This document shows positions 1 to 10,197 of a DNA stretch of 64,000 bases, one piece after another (the stretch's first letter is position 1; each line of letters begins with the position of its first letter). Origin of the DNA: Candidatus Thermofontivivens primus (GTDB lineage: Bacteria > Sysuimicrobiota > Sysuimicrobiia > Sysuimicrobiales > Thermofontiviventaceae); the NCBI GenBank assembly GCA_031458695.1, contig JAVKJW010000008.1:2967-66966 (forward strand). Reading direction: 5' to 3'. The notes beneath the pieces were generated by a model that was not told the DNA's origin, did not search any database, and was given only the letters and a program-made list of their open reading frames with translations. The translations under genes were made by a program, and so were the position numbers.

Positions 1-1295
1 TCAGATTCCACAGTGGGAGAGAGCTCACAGCTGAGGATGTCGTCTTCTCTATGGAGAGGGCGCTCCGTATGAAGAAAGGTTTCTCCTGGGTTTGGACGCC
101 TGTTCTTGAGCCAGGTCGGATCAAGGCATTGGATAAATACACCGTACGATTCGAGCTCAAGGAAGCATATGCGCCATTCTTGGGTTCCCTTCTTCTCTTC
201 TTCATCCTTGACAAAGACTTAGTCATGCGGAACATCAGGCCGGGTCCCTATGGAGAGTTCGGTGATTACGGATCTGCCTTCTTGGAGCGCGCCGATGCGG
301 GGTCTGGCCCTTACCGGATGGAGCGCTTTGATCGGGCCACCGAGATGGTCATGACACGGTTTGAAAACTACTGGAGGGGATGGAAGCCGAACCAGATCTC
401 CCGTGTCTCCTTTAAGACGGTGACGGAGGAGGCGACCGTGAAGACGCTCATAAAGTCGGGGCAAGCCGATATGGTGAACCAATGGCTGTCAGTACAGGGC
501 TTTCAGGAACTGAAACAGGTACCAGGGATCGTGGTCAAAGAGGACCCAAGCGTCCAGCTTTTCCACCTGCAAATGAATACCAAGAAACCACCTTTGGACA
601 ATGTGAAGGTGCGTCAGGCGATCTCGTATGCTTTTGATTATGACACTGCCATCCAGAAGATCTTCCTGGGTGCCACTAGGGCCCGCGGTCCCGTGCCCGT
701 TCGCGTGCCCGGTTGGAACCCGAAGGTGCCTGTGTATACCCGGAACGTGGCCACGGCCAAAAGGCTCGTGGCAGAGTCTGGAGTTCCTCCAGAGCGCCTT
801 TCTATTGAGTACGCCTATGTTGTAACGTTACCTCTTGAACGCCAGATCGGTTTGCTCCTCAAGGCCAACCTCGAGGAGATTGGGTTCAAGGTAGAGATCC
901 GTGGGGAGCCGTGGGCACGGATCGTGGAGCTTGCCACGAAACCTGAGACGACTCCCCATATCACAGCGATTTTTGATACGCTGAAGTACCCGCATGTGGA
1001 TAGTCATACCTATGGGATGTACCATCCCTCCTGTTGGGGGACGTTCCGGTGCATGAGCTTCTACGAAAACCCGAAGGTCACGCAGGTACTTGAGGCAGCC
1101 CGGCGGGCTGTCAAACCAGAAGAGCAGATGCGTCTGTACCAGTTAGCTCAGGAATTGATTGTACGCGACGCGCCGAGCATCTATGTAGCCAATCCGTTGC
1201 ACCGGATTGCCTTCAGAGATTACGTGAAGGGATACCGCTATGTCGGGCTGTTAGGTTTTGATGTCGCCTTCTACGACTTCACCATTGCGCGGTGA
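1..1295 (+). CDS. ABC transporter substrate-binding protein, family 5 (peptide/nickel type), 5-prime partial (continues upstream of window)
   Basis: Frame is open from base 3 (RFHSGRELTAEDVVFSMERAL...), so the gene starts before the window. Family-5 SBP-like sequence, followed by DppBCDF-type genes. Confidence 0.8.
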   Translation, partial: RFHSGRELTAEDVVFSMERALRMKKGFSWVWTPVLEPGRIKALDKYTVRFELKEAYAPFLGSLLLFFILDKDLVMRNIRPGPYGEFGDYGSAFLERADAGSGPYRMERFDRATEMVMTRFENYWRGWKPNQISRVSFKTVTEEATVKTLIKSGQADMVNQWLSVQGFQELKQVPGIVVKEDPSVQLFHLQMNTKKPPLDNVKVRQAISYAFDYDTAIQKIFLGATRARGPVPVRVPGWNPKVPVYTRNVATAKRLVAESGVPPERLSIEYAYVVTLPLERQIGLLLKANLEEIGFKVEIRGEPWARIVELATKPETTPHITAIFDTLKYPHVDSHTYGMYHPSCWGTFRCMSFYENPKVTQVLEAARRAVKPEEQMRLYQLAQELIVRDAPSIYVANPLHRIAFRDYVKGYRYVGLLGFDVAFYDFTIAR

Positions 1296-1325
1296 GGAGG
1301 AGAGGACCGGGGTGAAGGAAGAGCG

Positions 1326-2333
1326 ATGAGTTTCCGCACGTATCTCCTCCGGAGATTGCTGCATATCATTCCTGCGCTCCTTGGCCTGTCCATCCTCATC
1401 TTCGTGCTTTCCAGGGTGGTCCCAGGTGATCCAGCTCGTCTGGCCCTGGGACCAGATGCCACGCAGGAGCAGGTAGAGCAACTCCGGCGGGAGATGGGCC
1501 TGGATAAGCCCCTCGTCGTGCAGTATCTCCGCTATATGGGGGGGCTGTTTCGTGGGGACTTTGGGTTCTCCTTGAGGACGCGGCGGAACGTTGCCCAGGA
1601 CATCAAGGAGTTCCTCCCTGCGACTGTGGAGCTTACCACGGTCGCCATGCTCTTTGCCATCGCCCTCGGGGTTCCCCTTGGCGTTCTCTCAGCAGTTCGC
1701 AAGGATCGTCCAGAAGACCATATCTCCAGGATCCTTGCACTTATCGGGGTAGCCCTTCCCCGGTTCTGGCTCGCCATTCTGCTCCAGCTCCTGTTCGCCT
1801 ACTATCTTGGGATCCTCCCAACCATTGGCCGTGGTCCTGCTCCGCCTGTTCGACTGACGGGGATTTATCTCCTCGATAGCCTTCTCGCGCTGGATTTCCG
1901 CGCGTTCCTCATTGCCCTCAAACACCTTATCCTTCCTGCCTTTGCTCTCTCGGTGGGTTCGCTTGCTCAGATCATGCGCTTGGTTCGGGCGAACATGATC
2001 GAGGAGATGCGAAGGGATTATGTCTTGGCCGCCCGGTCTTATGGGCTTCCTGAGCGGGTCGTGATCTACAAGTACGCGTTGAAAAACGCCTTTTCCTCGG
2101 CCCTTACGGTGATCGGGCTCTCCTACGGGTTCCTCCTTGGCAATGCCTTCCTCGTGGAAACCGTATTTGCCTGGCCAGGGTTGGCGTTTTATGGTGTCGA
2201 TTCCCTTCTGTTCAAAGACCTGAATGCTGTCGTCGGCGTGACCATCGTCATTGGTGTGGCTTTCGCTGTGGTGAACCTTCTGGTGGACATTGCCTACGGA
2301 TACCTGGATCCGCGGATCCGGTACGAGACCTGA
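1326..2333 (+). CDS. ABC transporter permease, DppB/OppB type
   Basis: N-terminus MSFRTYLLRRLLHIIPALLGLSILIFVLSRVVPGDPARLALGP and C-terminal LDPRIRYE are classic DppB signatures. The protein is multi-TM. Confidence 0.9.
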   Translation: MSFRTYLLRRLLHIIPALLGLSILIFVLSRVVPGDPARLALGPDATQEQVEQLRREMGLDKPLVVQYLRYMGGLFRGDFGFSLRTRRNVAQDIKEFLPATVELTTVAMLFAIALGVPLGVLSAVRKDRPEDHISRILALIGVALPRFWLAILLQLLFAYYLGILPTIGRGPAPPVRLTGIYLLDSLLALDFRAFLIALKHLILPAFALSVGSLAQIMRLVRANMIEEMRRDYVLAARSYGLPERVVIYKYALKNAFSSALTVIGLSYGFLLGNAFLVETVFAWPGLAFYGVDSLLFKDLNAVVGVTIVIGVAFAVVNLLVDIAYGYLDPRIRYET

Positions 2334-2343
2334 GGGGTGTACC

Positions 2344-3252
2344 ATGGCGGAGACCATCCTCGTTCCTCAAGAGATCCGAGCGACCCGCAGGGAGGAGCTG
2401 CGGAGAGCTTGGTCCCGGTTTCGATCCTCTACGCTCGCCTTAGTGGGACTTGGGATCATTCTCATGATGGCTGCCGCTGCCATTTTCGCACCAACCATTG
2501 CTCCCTACCCGCAGCATGCGGGAGGTTTTGTCGACTTCGCCAATACCTTCCAACCTCCCAGCAGAGCGCACCTTTTTGGAACTGACGATGTCGGCCGGGA
2601 TGTGTTCTCACGCGTCCTCTTCGGTGCCCGCATCTCCCTCTCCATGGGCATCGTCGTCCTTTCCATCGCATTGGCCATTGGTGTTCCCCTCGGACTCATC
2701 GCGGGGTACTGGAGTGGATGGGTGAGCAGTTTGATCATGCGGATTACTGACGTCTTCCTCGCTCTCCCCTCCATTGTTCTTGCGCTGGCTGTGGCGGCGG
2801 TACTCAAACCGACATTGACCAACGCCATGATCGCGATCGCCTTTACCTGGTGGCCATGGTACACGCGGCTCGTGTACGGAGAGGTCCTCTCCCTCAAACA
2901 GGAGGCGTTCGTGGAAGCAAGTCGCTCAGTCGGCGCGGGTCCCTGGCGTATCGTCTTTAAGGAGATCCTTCCGAACACATGGTCGCCCATCATCGTGAAG
3001 CTGACTCTCGATATGGGCTTTGTGATCCTGGTGGAGACGGGGTTGAGCTTCCTTGGATTAGGTGCCCAGCCGCCGACACCTGCCTGGGGCACGATGATTG
3101 CGGAGGGGCGTATCTACATGCCGGCGAACTGGTGGCTAGCTACGTTCCCAGGACTGGCGATCTTTCTCACCGTGCTCGGCTTCAACTTGCTTGGGGACGG
3201 GCTGCGGGATGTCTTCGATGTCCAGATTGAACAATGGCGTGGTGGTGCGTGA
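2344..3252 (+). CDS. ABC transporter permease, DppC/OppC type
   Basis: ATG at 2344 lies 10 nt after the dppB-like stop. Contains FGTDDVGRDVFSRVLFGARISL, typical of DppC. The ORF-track N-extension (2290-2343) is judged an artefact. Confidence 0.9.
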   Translation: MAETILVPQEIRATRREELRRAWSRFRSSTLALVGLGIILMMAAAAIFAPTIAPYPQHAGGFVDFANTFQPPSRAHLFGTDDVGRDVFSRVLFGARISLSMGIVVLSIALAIGVPLGLIAGYWSGWVSSLIMRITDVFLALPSIVLALAVAAVLKPTLTNAMIAIAFTWWPWYTRLVYGEVLSLKQEAFVEASRSVGAGPWRIVFKEILPNTWSPIIVKLTLDMGFVILVETGLSFLGLGAQPPTPAWGTMIAEGRIYMPANWWLATFPGLAIFLTVLGFNLLGDGLRDVFDVQIEQWRGGA

Positions 3253-4266
3253 ATGCAAAAGGAGCCCCTCCTGGAGATACGCAATCTGACCATCCACTTC
3301 CACACATTCGAGGGGCGAGCACGGGTGATCAACGGGATCGACTTGGTCATAGGAAAAGGGGAAAGTGTGGCCCTTGTCGGAGAGACGGGATGTGGGAAGT
3401 CGATTACGGCGAAGGCCATCCTGGGCCTCCTTCCGCCTAACGCAGAGGTAGTCTCCGGGAGTATCCTCTTTCAAGGCCAGGACTTGCTCCAGTTGAAGGG
3501 GGAGGAGCTCCGCAGGATCCGGGGCAGGCACATCGCCATGATCTTCCAGGATCCTTCCACTGCACTGAACCCTGTTTTCACCGTGGGCGAACAACTGATG
3601 GATGTACTGGTCCATTGCGATGACCAGGGTTCCGTTCAGAGGTGGAGAACGAGACGGCCAGTCGCAATGCTTCGACAGCGTTGTGTGGATATGCTCCGAC
3701 TTGTCCGCATCCCAGACCCAGAGTCCATGATGGGGCGCTATCCTAGCGAGCTCTCCGGGGGGATGCGCCAACGTGTACTGATCGCCCTAGCTCTTCTCCA
3801 GAGGCCAGAGCTTGTGCTCGCGGATGAGCTCGGAACGGCTTTGGATGTCTCCATCCAGGACCAAATCCTGCAAGAACTCAAAGACCTCGTGCGGACCCAG
3901 GGCATGTCTGTACTGTACATCACGCACAACCTGGGTGTTGCAAGGATGGTGTCCGACCGCGTCTACGTGATGTATGCAGGGGAGATCGTCGAGGTCGCTC
4001 TGACGCATGCTCTCTTCCGACGCCAGTTCCATCCTTATTCCCAAGGGCTCCTTGCTGCAGTTCCCCGACTCATTGGTTCGATCGGGGAAGGAATAGAGGG
4101 AAGGATTCCGGATTATGTGTCTCCTCCTCCCGCTTGCCGGTTTGAGCCCCGTTGTCCATACAGAATGCCGGTCTGTTGCGAGGTACGGCCTCCCCTGAGA
4201 GAAGTCGAGAGCGGGAGGTGGGTTGCCTGTCACCTCTATCCCGCTTCCGGTGGGGATTCTTCATGA
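3253..4266 (+). CDS. ABC transporter ATP-binding protein, DppD/OppD type
   Basis: Walker A GETGCGKS, LSGGMRQR signature motif, and the oligopeptide C-terminal domain. Confidence 0.9.
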   Translation: MQKEPLLEIRNLTIHFHTFEGRARVINGIDLVIGKGESVALVGETGCGKSITAKAILGLLPPNAEVVSGSILFQGQDLLQLKGEELRRIRGRHIAMIFQDPSTALNPVFTVGEQLMDVLVHCDDQGSVQRWRTRRPVAMLRQRCVDMLRLVRIPDPESMMGRYPSELSGGMRQRVLIALALLQRPELVLADELGTALDVSIQDQILQELKDLVRTQGMSVLYITHNLGVARMVSDRVYVMYAGEIVEVALTHALFRRQFHPYSQGLLAAVPRLIGSIGEGIEGRIPDYVSPPPACRFEPRCPYRMPVCCEVRPPLREVESGRWVACHLYPASGGDSS

Positions 4267-5330
4267 GCGCTGTATTGGTGGAAGCAATCAATGTCACGAA
4301 GATTTTCCTCCTGACAGCGGGTCTGCTTCGTCGCAAGGTGGGAGAGATCCGCGCTGTGGACGGGGCGACGATCTCCATTCATCCTGGTGAGACCATGGCC
4401 GTTGTAGGCGAGTCAGGGTCTGGGAAAACCACCTTGGGGAAAATGCTCATTGGTCTCCTTCCGCCTACCTCGGGGGTGATCCGGTTTGATGGGAAGGAGC
4501 TGGTGGGGTTGGACGACCTCTCCTGGCGTTCCATGCGCCGGCAGATGCAGATTGTCTTCCAGGATCCCGCTTCTTCCCTGAATCCCCGCAAGCGAGTGAA
4601 AGATATCATCGCAGAACCTTTAGAAGTCCATGGGATTGGAACACCCGCACAGCGCCTCCGCCGGGTGATCGATCTCCTGGAGCGTGTGGAGTTACCTCCC
4701 CGCGACTTCTTGTTCCGGTATCCGCATACCCTCTCGGGAGGGCAGCGGCAGCGTGTTGCCATTGCTCGAGCTCTCGCCCTTAACCCGAGGTTCATCGTGC
4801 TCGACGAGCCAACCTCCGCCTTGGATGTCTCTGTCCAGGCAAAGATCATTGATCTTCTCCGGCGGCTTCAACGTGAACTTTCCCTCACCTACCTCTTTAT
4901 CTCTCACGACCTCAGTCTCGTGCGTACAGTAGCCGATACAATCGCCGTGATGTACCTAGGGAAGATCGTGGAAATAGCTCCCGCAGGAGAGCTTTTCCGA
5001 TCACCATCTCACCCTTACACACGGGCTTTGCTCTCTGCCATTCCTGTGGTCGACGAAGCAGAGAAAGAGCTCGTGCCGGAGAAGATCACCCTGAGCGGGG
5101 AGATCCCGAGTGCGGCGCAGATTCCTGCAGGTTGTCCCTTCCATCCGCGGTGCTATGTGCGCATAGAGGGGTGCGATCGGGTTGTTCCTGAGCTGATCGA
5201 AATCGCACCGGGTCACTCTGTGCGTTGCCTCCTGTATGATCCAGCGTTTGGCGCACCAGGCCTCTCACAGAGGATGGCGGTGGGGCCGAGGGAATCTATG
5301 AGGGGAGGGGGAAAAGGTGGATTGGGTTAA
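4263..5330 (+). CDS. ABC transporter ATP-binding protein, DppF/OppF type
   Basis: ATG at 4263 overlaps the previous stop (ATGA). Walker A GESGSGKTT and signature LSGGQRQR. Confidence 0.9.
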   Translation: MSAVLVEAINVTKIFLLTAGLLRRKVGEIRAVDGATISIHPGETMAVVGESGSGKTTLGKMLIGLLPPTSGVIRFDGKELVGLDDLSWRSMRRQMQIVFQDPASSLNPRKRVKDIIAEPLEVHGIGTPAQRLRRVIDLLERVELPPRDFLFRYPHTLSGGQRQRVAIARALALNPRFIVLDEPTSALDVSVQAKIIDLLRRLQRELSLTYLFISHDLSLVRTVADTIAVMYLGKIVEIAPAGELFRSPSHPYTRALLSAIPVVDEAEKELVPEKITLSGEIPSAAQIPAGCPFHPRCYVRIEGCDRVVPELIEIAPGHSVRCLLYDPAFGAPGLSQRMAVGPRESMRGGGKGGLG

Positions 5331-6387
5331 CCAGGGGCTCATCGCAGCTGGCGTTCAAGCAATGCTTCGGGTGAATATGGGGGTCCGGGAAGGGGAGCGT
5401 ATCCTTGTGATCACCGACGTGCCAACGAAGGAACAATGGGAACTCATGCCAGCAGACGATGTGGAGGGGATGCTCCGGAGAGCTTATCTGGCTAGGCTGA
5501 TCGCTGACCTCGCGCGCACCTATTTCCCAGCATGCAAGGTAAAGTTCACCACGTATCCCTCTACCGGCCGCAGTGGTGTGGAGCCACCTGAGGATGTGGC
5601 ACGTCTCCTGCAGGATTCTGATGTTGTCCTGGCGATTACGTCCTTCTCCCTGACGCACACCGAGGCTCGCGCCGAGGCATGCCGCAAAGGCGCACGTGTC
5701 GCCAGCATGCCTAGGTTCGTGCCGGAGATGCTCTATCCAGATGGTCCAATGAGTACCGACTACTTCGCCCTCGCCTCCGCCACGAGGGCCTTCGCTGACC
5801 TGATCACTTCAGCAAGGGAGGTCCGGATTACCACCCCTGCGGGGACGGAGGTGACGTTCAGTGTGGTAGGACGGGAAGGGCGGGTGGATGCCGGGATCTA
5901 CACGGAGCCTGGGTCGTGGGGGAACCTGCCAGCAGGGGAGGCCTACTGTGCGCCTGTAGAGGGAACCGCGCGGGGGAGGCTTGTTGTGGAACCTGGTTGG
6001 CATGCAAAGCTCACGGAGCCCCTGACCATCTTTCTAGAGGCGGGTGAAGTCGTCGCGCTAGAAGGTGGGGGATCGGTGGGCAAGACCCTTGTGGAGGTCC
6101 TCGACCTTGCCCAACGACTGGAGGCCACCCGTCCGCGCCGGATGTTTGCGGAATTCGGCGTCGGCACAAACCCCAATGCACGGCGGACAGACATCACGTT
6201 AGAAGCGGAGAAAATCAAGGGGACCATCCACCTGGCAGTTGGGGACAATAGCCACATGGGCGGGATGGTCGTGGCGGATTACCACCAGGATTTCGTCTTC
6301 CCTCGGCCCGATGTATGGTTCGACGATCAACCGGTGATCCTTGAGGGGAAATGGGTTGCACCAACGGTAAGGAATGTTGGGTCATAA
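5317..6387 (+). CDS. M29-family aminopeptidase / NicX-like (2,5-dihydroxypyridine dioxygenase-like) protein
   Basis: GTG start with a GGAGGGGG RBS. ~356 aa, with EVRITTPAGTEVTF...IHLAVGDN and the overall pattern of the aminopeptidase-T/NicX superfamily. The precise subfamily was not resolved. Confidence 0.65.
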   Translation: MDWVNQGLIAAGVQAMLRVNMGVREGERILVITDVPTKEQWELMPADDVEGMLRRAYLARLIADLARTYFPACKVKFTTYPSTGRSGVEPPEDVARLLQDSDVVLAITSFSLTHTEARAEACRKGARVASMPRFVPEMLYPDGPMSTDYFALASATRAFADLITSAREVRITTPAGTEVTFSVVGREGRVDAGIYTEPGSWGNLPAGEAYCAPVEGTARGRLVVEPGWHAKLTEPLTIFLEAGEVVALEGGGSVGKTLVEVLDLAQRLEATRPRRMFAEFGVGTNPNARRTDITLEAEKIKGTIHLAVGDNSHMGGMVVADYHQDFVFPRPDVWFDDQPVILEGKWVAPTVRNVGS

Positions 6388-6401
6388 GGAGGGAATGCAA
6401 T

Positions 6402-7466
6402 ATGGAATTGGTGCTCGGCACAGAACCACTGCGGGAGTACCTTTCTTTCGAACTCACCGCAGCAGCGCATAAGCTTGTCAAGGAGATCATGCTGGTCAAA
6501 CCCGGGGAAGCGGTAGCCATCACTGCGGATACGAGCAGTGACAGGAGAGTCGTGGAGGCCACGGCAGGAGCAGCTTATGCAGTAGGAGCCACTCCCGTTA
6601 TCCTATGGTACCCTACCCTGCTCGGGAGCGGTGTAGAACCGCCTAGGCCAGTTGCCGGGGCGATCGCAGACTGTGATGTCTGGATCGAGTACGCGGTGGG
6701 GTACACCCTTTATTCCAATGCTTACCGCCGGGCAATGGAGAGAGGCGCCAGGTATATCTGCCTTACGGGGATGGATGCAGAGATGATGGTCCGTACCCTG
6801 GGTCGGGTGGATTACTCGAAGCTCCTCGCCCTGGGGGAGAGACTTCGCGCCCTTGTCGCCGCAGCGCGTACTGTGCACATCACCACGCCAGCAGGGACCG
6901 ACCTCGTAGCCGACAACGGCGGCCGGTACGTGCGCCATTCTGGGAAACTCGCTGACACACCTGGAGAGCCGGTAATGCTCGGGGGCCAAATCTCTTGGTG
7001 TCCCCTTGAAGAGACGATCCACGGTCGCTTGGTGTTTGATGGAGCCATCTGGCCTCCCGCGGACCTTGGGGTCCTGCGTTCGCCGGTGGTCCTCACCGTC
7101 GAGGAAGGGATAATCCGCCGGATTGAGGGAGGAACAGAGGCCCGGATCTTTGAGAGGTGGCTGGCCACCTTCAATGATCCAAACATGTATCGGATCGCAC
7201 ATTACTCCCTGGGGTTCAACCCGGGCGTGACGAAGCCGACGGGACGGATCGTTGAGGATGAACGCACCTTCGGCTGCTTGAACGTCGGGATTGGGACCCA
7301 AGGGCCACAGATGCGAGCAAAAGGATGGAAGGCGGCGGCCCATACCGATGGGATTGCCCTCAATCCCACGATTCTTCTGGACGGGGAGCCATTGGAGGTG
7401 GAGGGAAGATATGTTCACCCCGACGTTGTGGCCGCGTGTAGAGACCTCGGTGTCCCGGGATATTAA
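6402..7466 (+). CDS. M29-family aminopeptidase / NicX-like paralog
   Basis: ATG 6402 is preceded by AAGGAGGG. It is a paralog of the previous gene (VHITTPAGTDLV..., NPGVTKPTGRIVEDERTFGCLNVGIGT). Confidence 0.65.
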   Translation: MELVLGTEPLREYLSFELTAAAHKLVKEIMLVKPGEAVAITADTSSDRRVVEATAGAAYAVGATPVILWYPTLLGSGVEPPRPVAGAIADCDVWIEYAVGYTLYSNAYRRAMERGARYICLTGMDAEMMVRTLGRVDYSKLLALGERLRALVAAARTVHITTPAGTDLVADNGGRYVRHSGKLADTPGEPVMLGGQISWCPLEETIHGRLVFDGAIWPPADLGVLRSPVVLTVEEGIIRRIEGGTEARIFERWLATFNDPNMYRIAHYSLGFNPGVTKPTGRIVEDERTFGCLNVGIGTQGPQMRAKGWKAAAHTDGIALNPTILLDGEPLEVEGRYVHPDVVAACRDLGVPGY

Positions 7467-7470
7467 GACC

Positions 7471-8169
7471 ATGCCGGCGGTCTTGCATGTAATCCCTGTG
7501 CGCGCACGCCCTGGACGGGTTGAACGAGAACGAGAGCGGCTTTCTGCGATGGCTCCTTTCATCCGGGTCCATGTGATCGACCTTCCAGACGGGCCGTTGG
7601 ATCTCGAGTATCTCATAGACGATCACTTGGCCGTTGGGAAGATGCTAGAGATCCTTCCACCGTACATAGCTGAGCATTCGGTGGGGGCAGTGAGCATTGG
7701 TTGTTTTTATGATCCCGGCCTCTGGGAGCTTCGGGAGGTCCTGGATGTCCCTGTTGTAGGCATCGGAGAGGCGAGTTTGATGCTTGCGAGCATTGTTGCC
7801 TCCCGCATCGCGATCCTCGTTGGGGATTGGAAATGGGTCCCTAAGATGGAGCAGAATGTGCGTGCTTTGGGAGTGGCCCACCGGGTGTGCTCATGGCGGT
7901 CCATTGGGAGATCTGTCCAGGAGATGCAAGATGACCCCGAGGGGTGCTACTGGGAGATCAGAAGGGAGGCAGAGGCCAGTAGGGACCAAGACCACGCGGA
8001 AGCTGTGATCTTGGGATGTGGTGCGCTTGGAGGGATGGCCGAGCGCCTCCAGAGGGATATAGGGATGCCTGTCATCGATCCAGTGGCGAGCGGGTTCATG
8101 GTTGCATGCACGCTCGCGTGTATGGGGCTTCGGACCAGCAAGGTATGGGGATACAGGCCGAAGGGCTAA
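7471..8169 (+). CDS. Asp/Glu/hydantoin racemase family protein
   Basis: VGAVSIGCFYDPGLWELREVLDVPVVGIGEASLMLASIVASRIAILVG is typical of the PF01177-like fold. Start taken at ATG 7471, after the upstream gene. Confidence 0.7.
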   Translation: MPAVLHVIPVRARPGRVERERERLSAMAPFIRVHVIDLPDGPLDLEYLIDDHLAVGKMLEILPPYIAEHSVGAVSIGCFYDPGLWELREVLDVPVVGIGEASLMLASIVASRIAILVGDWKWVPKMEQNVRALGVAHRVCSWRSIGRSVQEMQDDPEGCYWEIRREAEASRDQDHAEAVILGCGALGGMAERLQRDIGMPVIDPVASGFMVACTLACMGLRTSKVWGYRPKG

Positions 8170-8177
8170 AGCTTACA

Positions 8178-9272
8178 ATGGACCACATCGAGCCTCTGGT
8201 TGTGGGCGGTTCCCTCCTTGGGGGCGGAGGAGGCGGGGATCCGCAAGATGGACGGCAGTTGGCCCGAAAGGCCTTAGAGCTTGGCGATCCCTACCTCGTC
8301 CCCATTGAGACCCTTCGTCCGGACGCTGTTGTCGTGACTGTTGCTCTTGTCGGAGCTCCTTCTGCACCTGAGCGCTCTCTCAACTTGGAGGATCTGCCCA
8401 AGGCGGTAGAACTGATTCAGGAGACCTTCGGGGCCCAGGTGCAGGCCATTATGACAAACGAGAATGGAGGCTTTGCATCGGTAAATGGGTGGATCCAGTC
8501 AGCGGTTCTGGGCCTTCCCATCGTGGATGCACCATGCAATGGGCGCGCGCATCCTACCGCCCTCATGGGTGCCATGGGCCTTCATCTGGTTCCAGGATAC
8601 CGGTCCTTGCAGGTTGCCCTCGGAGGAACTGGCACGCGCCGCGTAGAGGTATGCGTCTCCGGTTCACTGGAGGGAGCCTCTGCCATTGTCCGGCAGGCTG
8701 CTGTCCAGGCGGGGGGACTTGTTGCGGTAGCACGGAACCCGGTTACGGCGAATTACGTCGCGCAACATGGCGCGCCTGGAGCCCTCACAATGGCTCTGCG
8801 AATAGGAGAGGCGGTGCTGCGGACTCTTCCGCATCGCCAAGCGACATGGGAAGCAGCAGCCGAAGCTGTTGGCGGGAGGATCGTGGATGTAGGGAGAGTT
8901 CTTCGCGTTCACATGGAGACGGTCGGGGGGTTTGATCGCGGGGCCATCTTCGTTGAGGGTGGTAGAATCTATGAACTTACCGTGTGGAATGAGTACATGA
9001 CGTTGGAGGTGGAAGGGCAACGTTTGGCTACGTTTCCGGATTTGATTGCAACGCTTGGAGAGAACGGTTTGCCCCTGACGTCGGCAGAGATCCGGGAGGG
9101 AGTCACCGTTGCCCTTCTTGCCGCTCCCAAGGAGAATCTCATTCTTGGGGCAGGGATGCGGGACCCGCAGCTATTCCGCATAGTCGAGCAGAATATAGGT
9201 AAGGAGCTTATCCGGTACATCTTCGGCGAGGTGGAAAAGAATGGCAATGAAACAGACAATCGAAGCCTATGA
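8178..9272 (+). CDS. DUF917-family protein
   Basis: MDHIEPLVVGGSLLGGGGGGDPQDGRQLARKALE... has the Gly-rich N-terminus and length (~365 aa) typical of DUF917. ATG at 8178 lies just after the racemase stop. Confidence 0.65.
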   Translation: MDHIEPLVVGGSLLGGGGGGDPQDGRQLARKALELGDPYLVPIETLRPDAVVVTVALVGAPSAPERSLNLEDLPKAVELIQETFGAQVQAIMTNENGGFASVNGWIQSAVLGLPIVDAPCNGRAHPTALMGAMGLHLVPGYRSLQVALGGTGTRRVEVCVSGSLEGASAIVRQAAVQAGGLVAVARNPVTANYVAQHGAPGALTMALRIGEAVLRTLPHRQATWEAAAEAVGGRIVDVGRVLRVHMETVGGFDRGAIFVEGGRIYELTVWNEYMTLEVEGQRLATFPDLIATLGENGLPLTSAEIREGVTVALLAAPKENLILGAGMRDPQLFRIVEQNIGKELIRYIFGEVEKNGNETDNRSL

Positions 9273-10197
9273 GTTGTTGGACGCAGCTACGGTCAACGGA
9301 GAAATCGTCGCTTCCACCCTTCGGGGCCGTGGCCTGGATGTGGAGGTGCGGCATCTCTCCGGCAGGAATGGGGAGACGGATTTTCTCAAGATCCTCATCC
9401 CAGGAGAGCGTGGCCGGAGGAAGGGTGGTGATGCACCCACGTTGGGGATCATTGGGAGGCTAGGGGGCATCGGGGCACGCCCCCATAAGATCGGACTGGT
9501 CTCTGATGCGGATGGGGCTATCACAGCCATTGCGACGGCAATGAAGATAGCGGATATGCGTGCTTGTGGGGATGTGCTGGCAGGTGATGTGATCATCACA
9601 ACACACATCTGCCCTCGCGCACCTGTAAAGCCTCACCATCCGGTGCCATTCATGGACTCTCCGGTTGACATTGACACGCTGGTGCGTTTGGAGACCGATC
9701 CGGCAATGGAAGCCATCCTCTCCATCGACACAACACGAGGGAATCGTGTGATCAACATTCGGGGGATCGCAATCTCCCCCACCGTGAAGGAGGGGTACAT
9801 CCTTCGGGTGAGTGAGGACCTCCTGGAGATCCTACAAGTGGTAACGGGAAGGTTGCCCGTGGTCCTTCCGTTGACGACCCAAGATCTCACGCCCTATGGG
9901 AATGGGCTCTATCACTTGAACAGCATTGTCCAGCCTGCCACGGTCACTACCGCCCCCGTTGTTGGTGTTGCCCTCACATCCGAGGTCCCGGTCCCCGGTT
10001 CCGCCACAGGGGCGAGCCAGGTTGTAGATATTGAGCAGGCCGTGCGCTTCTGCATTGAGGTAGCAAAGGCATTCGGGGTAGGTATCTGTCGCTTTTATGA
10101 TCCAGAGGAGTTCGAGCGGCTGATCCAGCTCTACGGATCCATGCGACATCTGCAGGCTCCCCAACCGTGGTCGCTACCCGTGGGGAAGGGGGGATGA
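9241..10197 (+). CDS. conserved hypothetical protein (possibly DUF1177 family)
   Basis: 318-aa ORF that overlaps the DUF917 3-prime end. Family assignment is from memory only. Confidence 0.55.
   Translation: MAMKQTIEAYELLDAATVNGEIVASTLRGRGLDVEVRHLSGRNGETDFLKILIPGERGRRKGGDAPTLGIIGRLGGIGARPHKIGLVSDADGAITAIATAMKIADMRACGDVLAGDVIITTHICPRAPVKPHHPVPFMDSPVDIDTLVRLETDPAMEAILSIDTTRGNRVINIRGIAISPTVKEGYILRVSEDLLEILQVVTGRLPVVLPLTTQDLTPYGNGLYHLNSIVQPATVTTAPVVGVALTSEVPVPGSATGASQVVDIEQAVRFCIEVAKAFGVGICRFYDPEEFERLIQLYGSMRHLQAPQPWSLPVGKGG

Noticed and set aside
2306-2319. Perfect 14-bp palindrome GGATCCGCGGATCC
   Set aside because: It falls inside the DppB C-terminal codons LDPRIRYE (GAT CCG CGG ATC). It is coding-driven and not a regulatory site. 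The same motif recurs in the second dppB-like gene.
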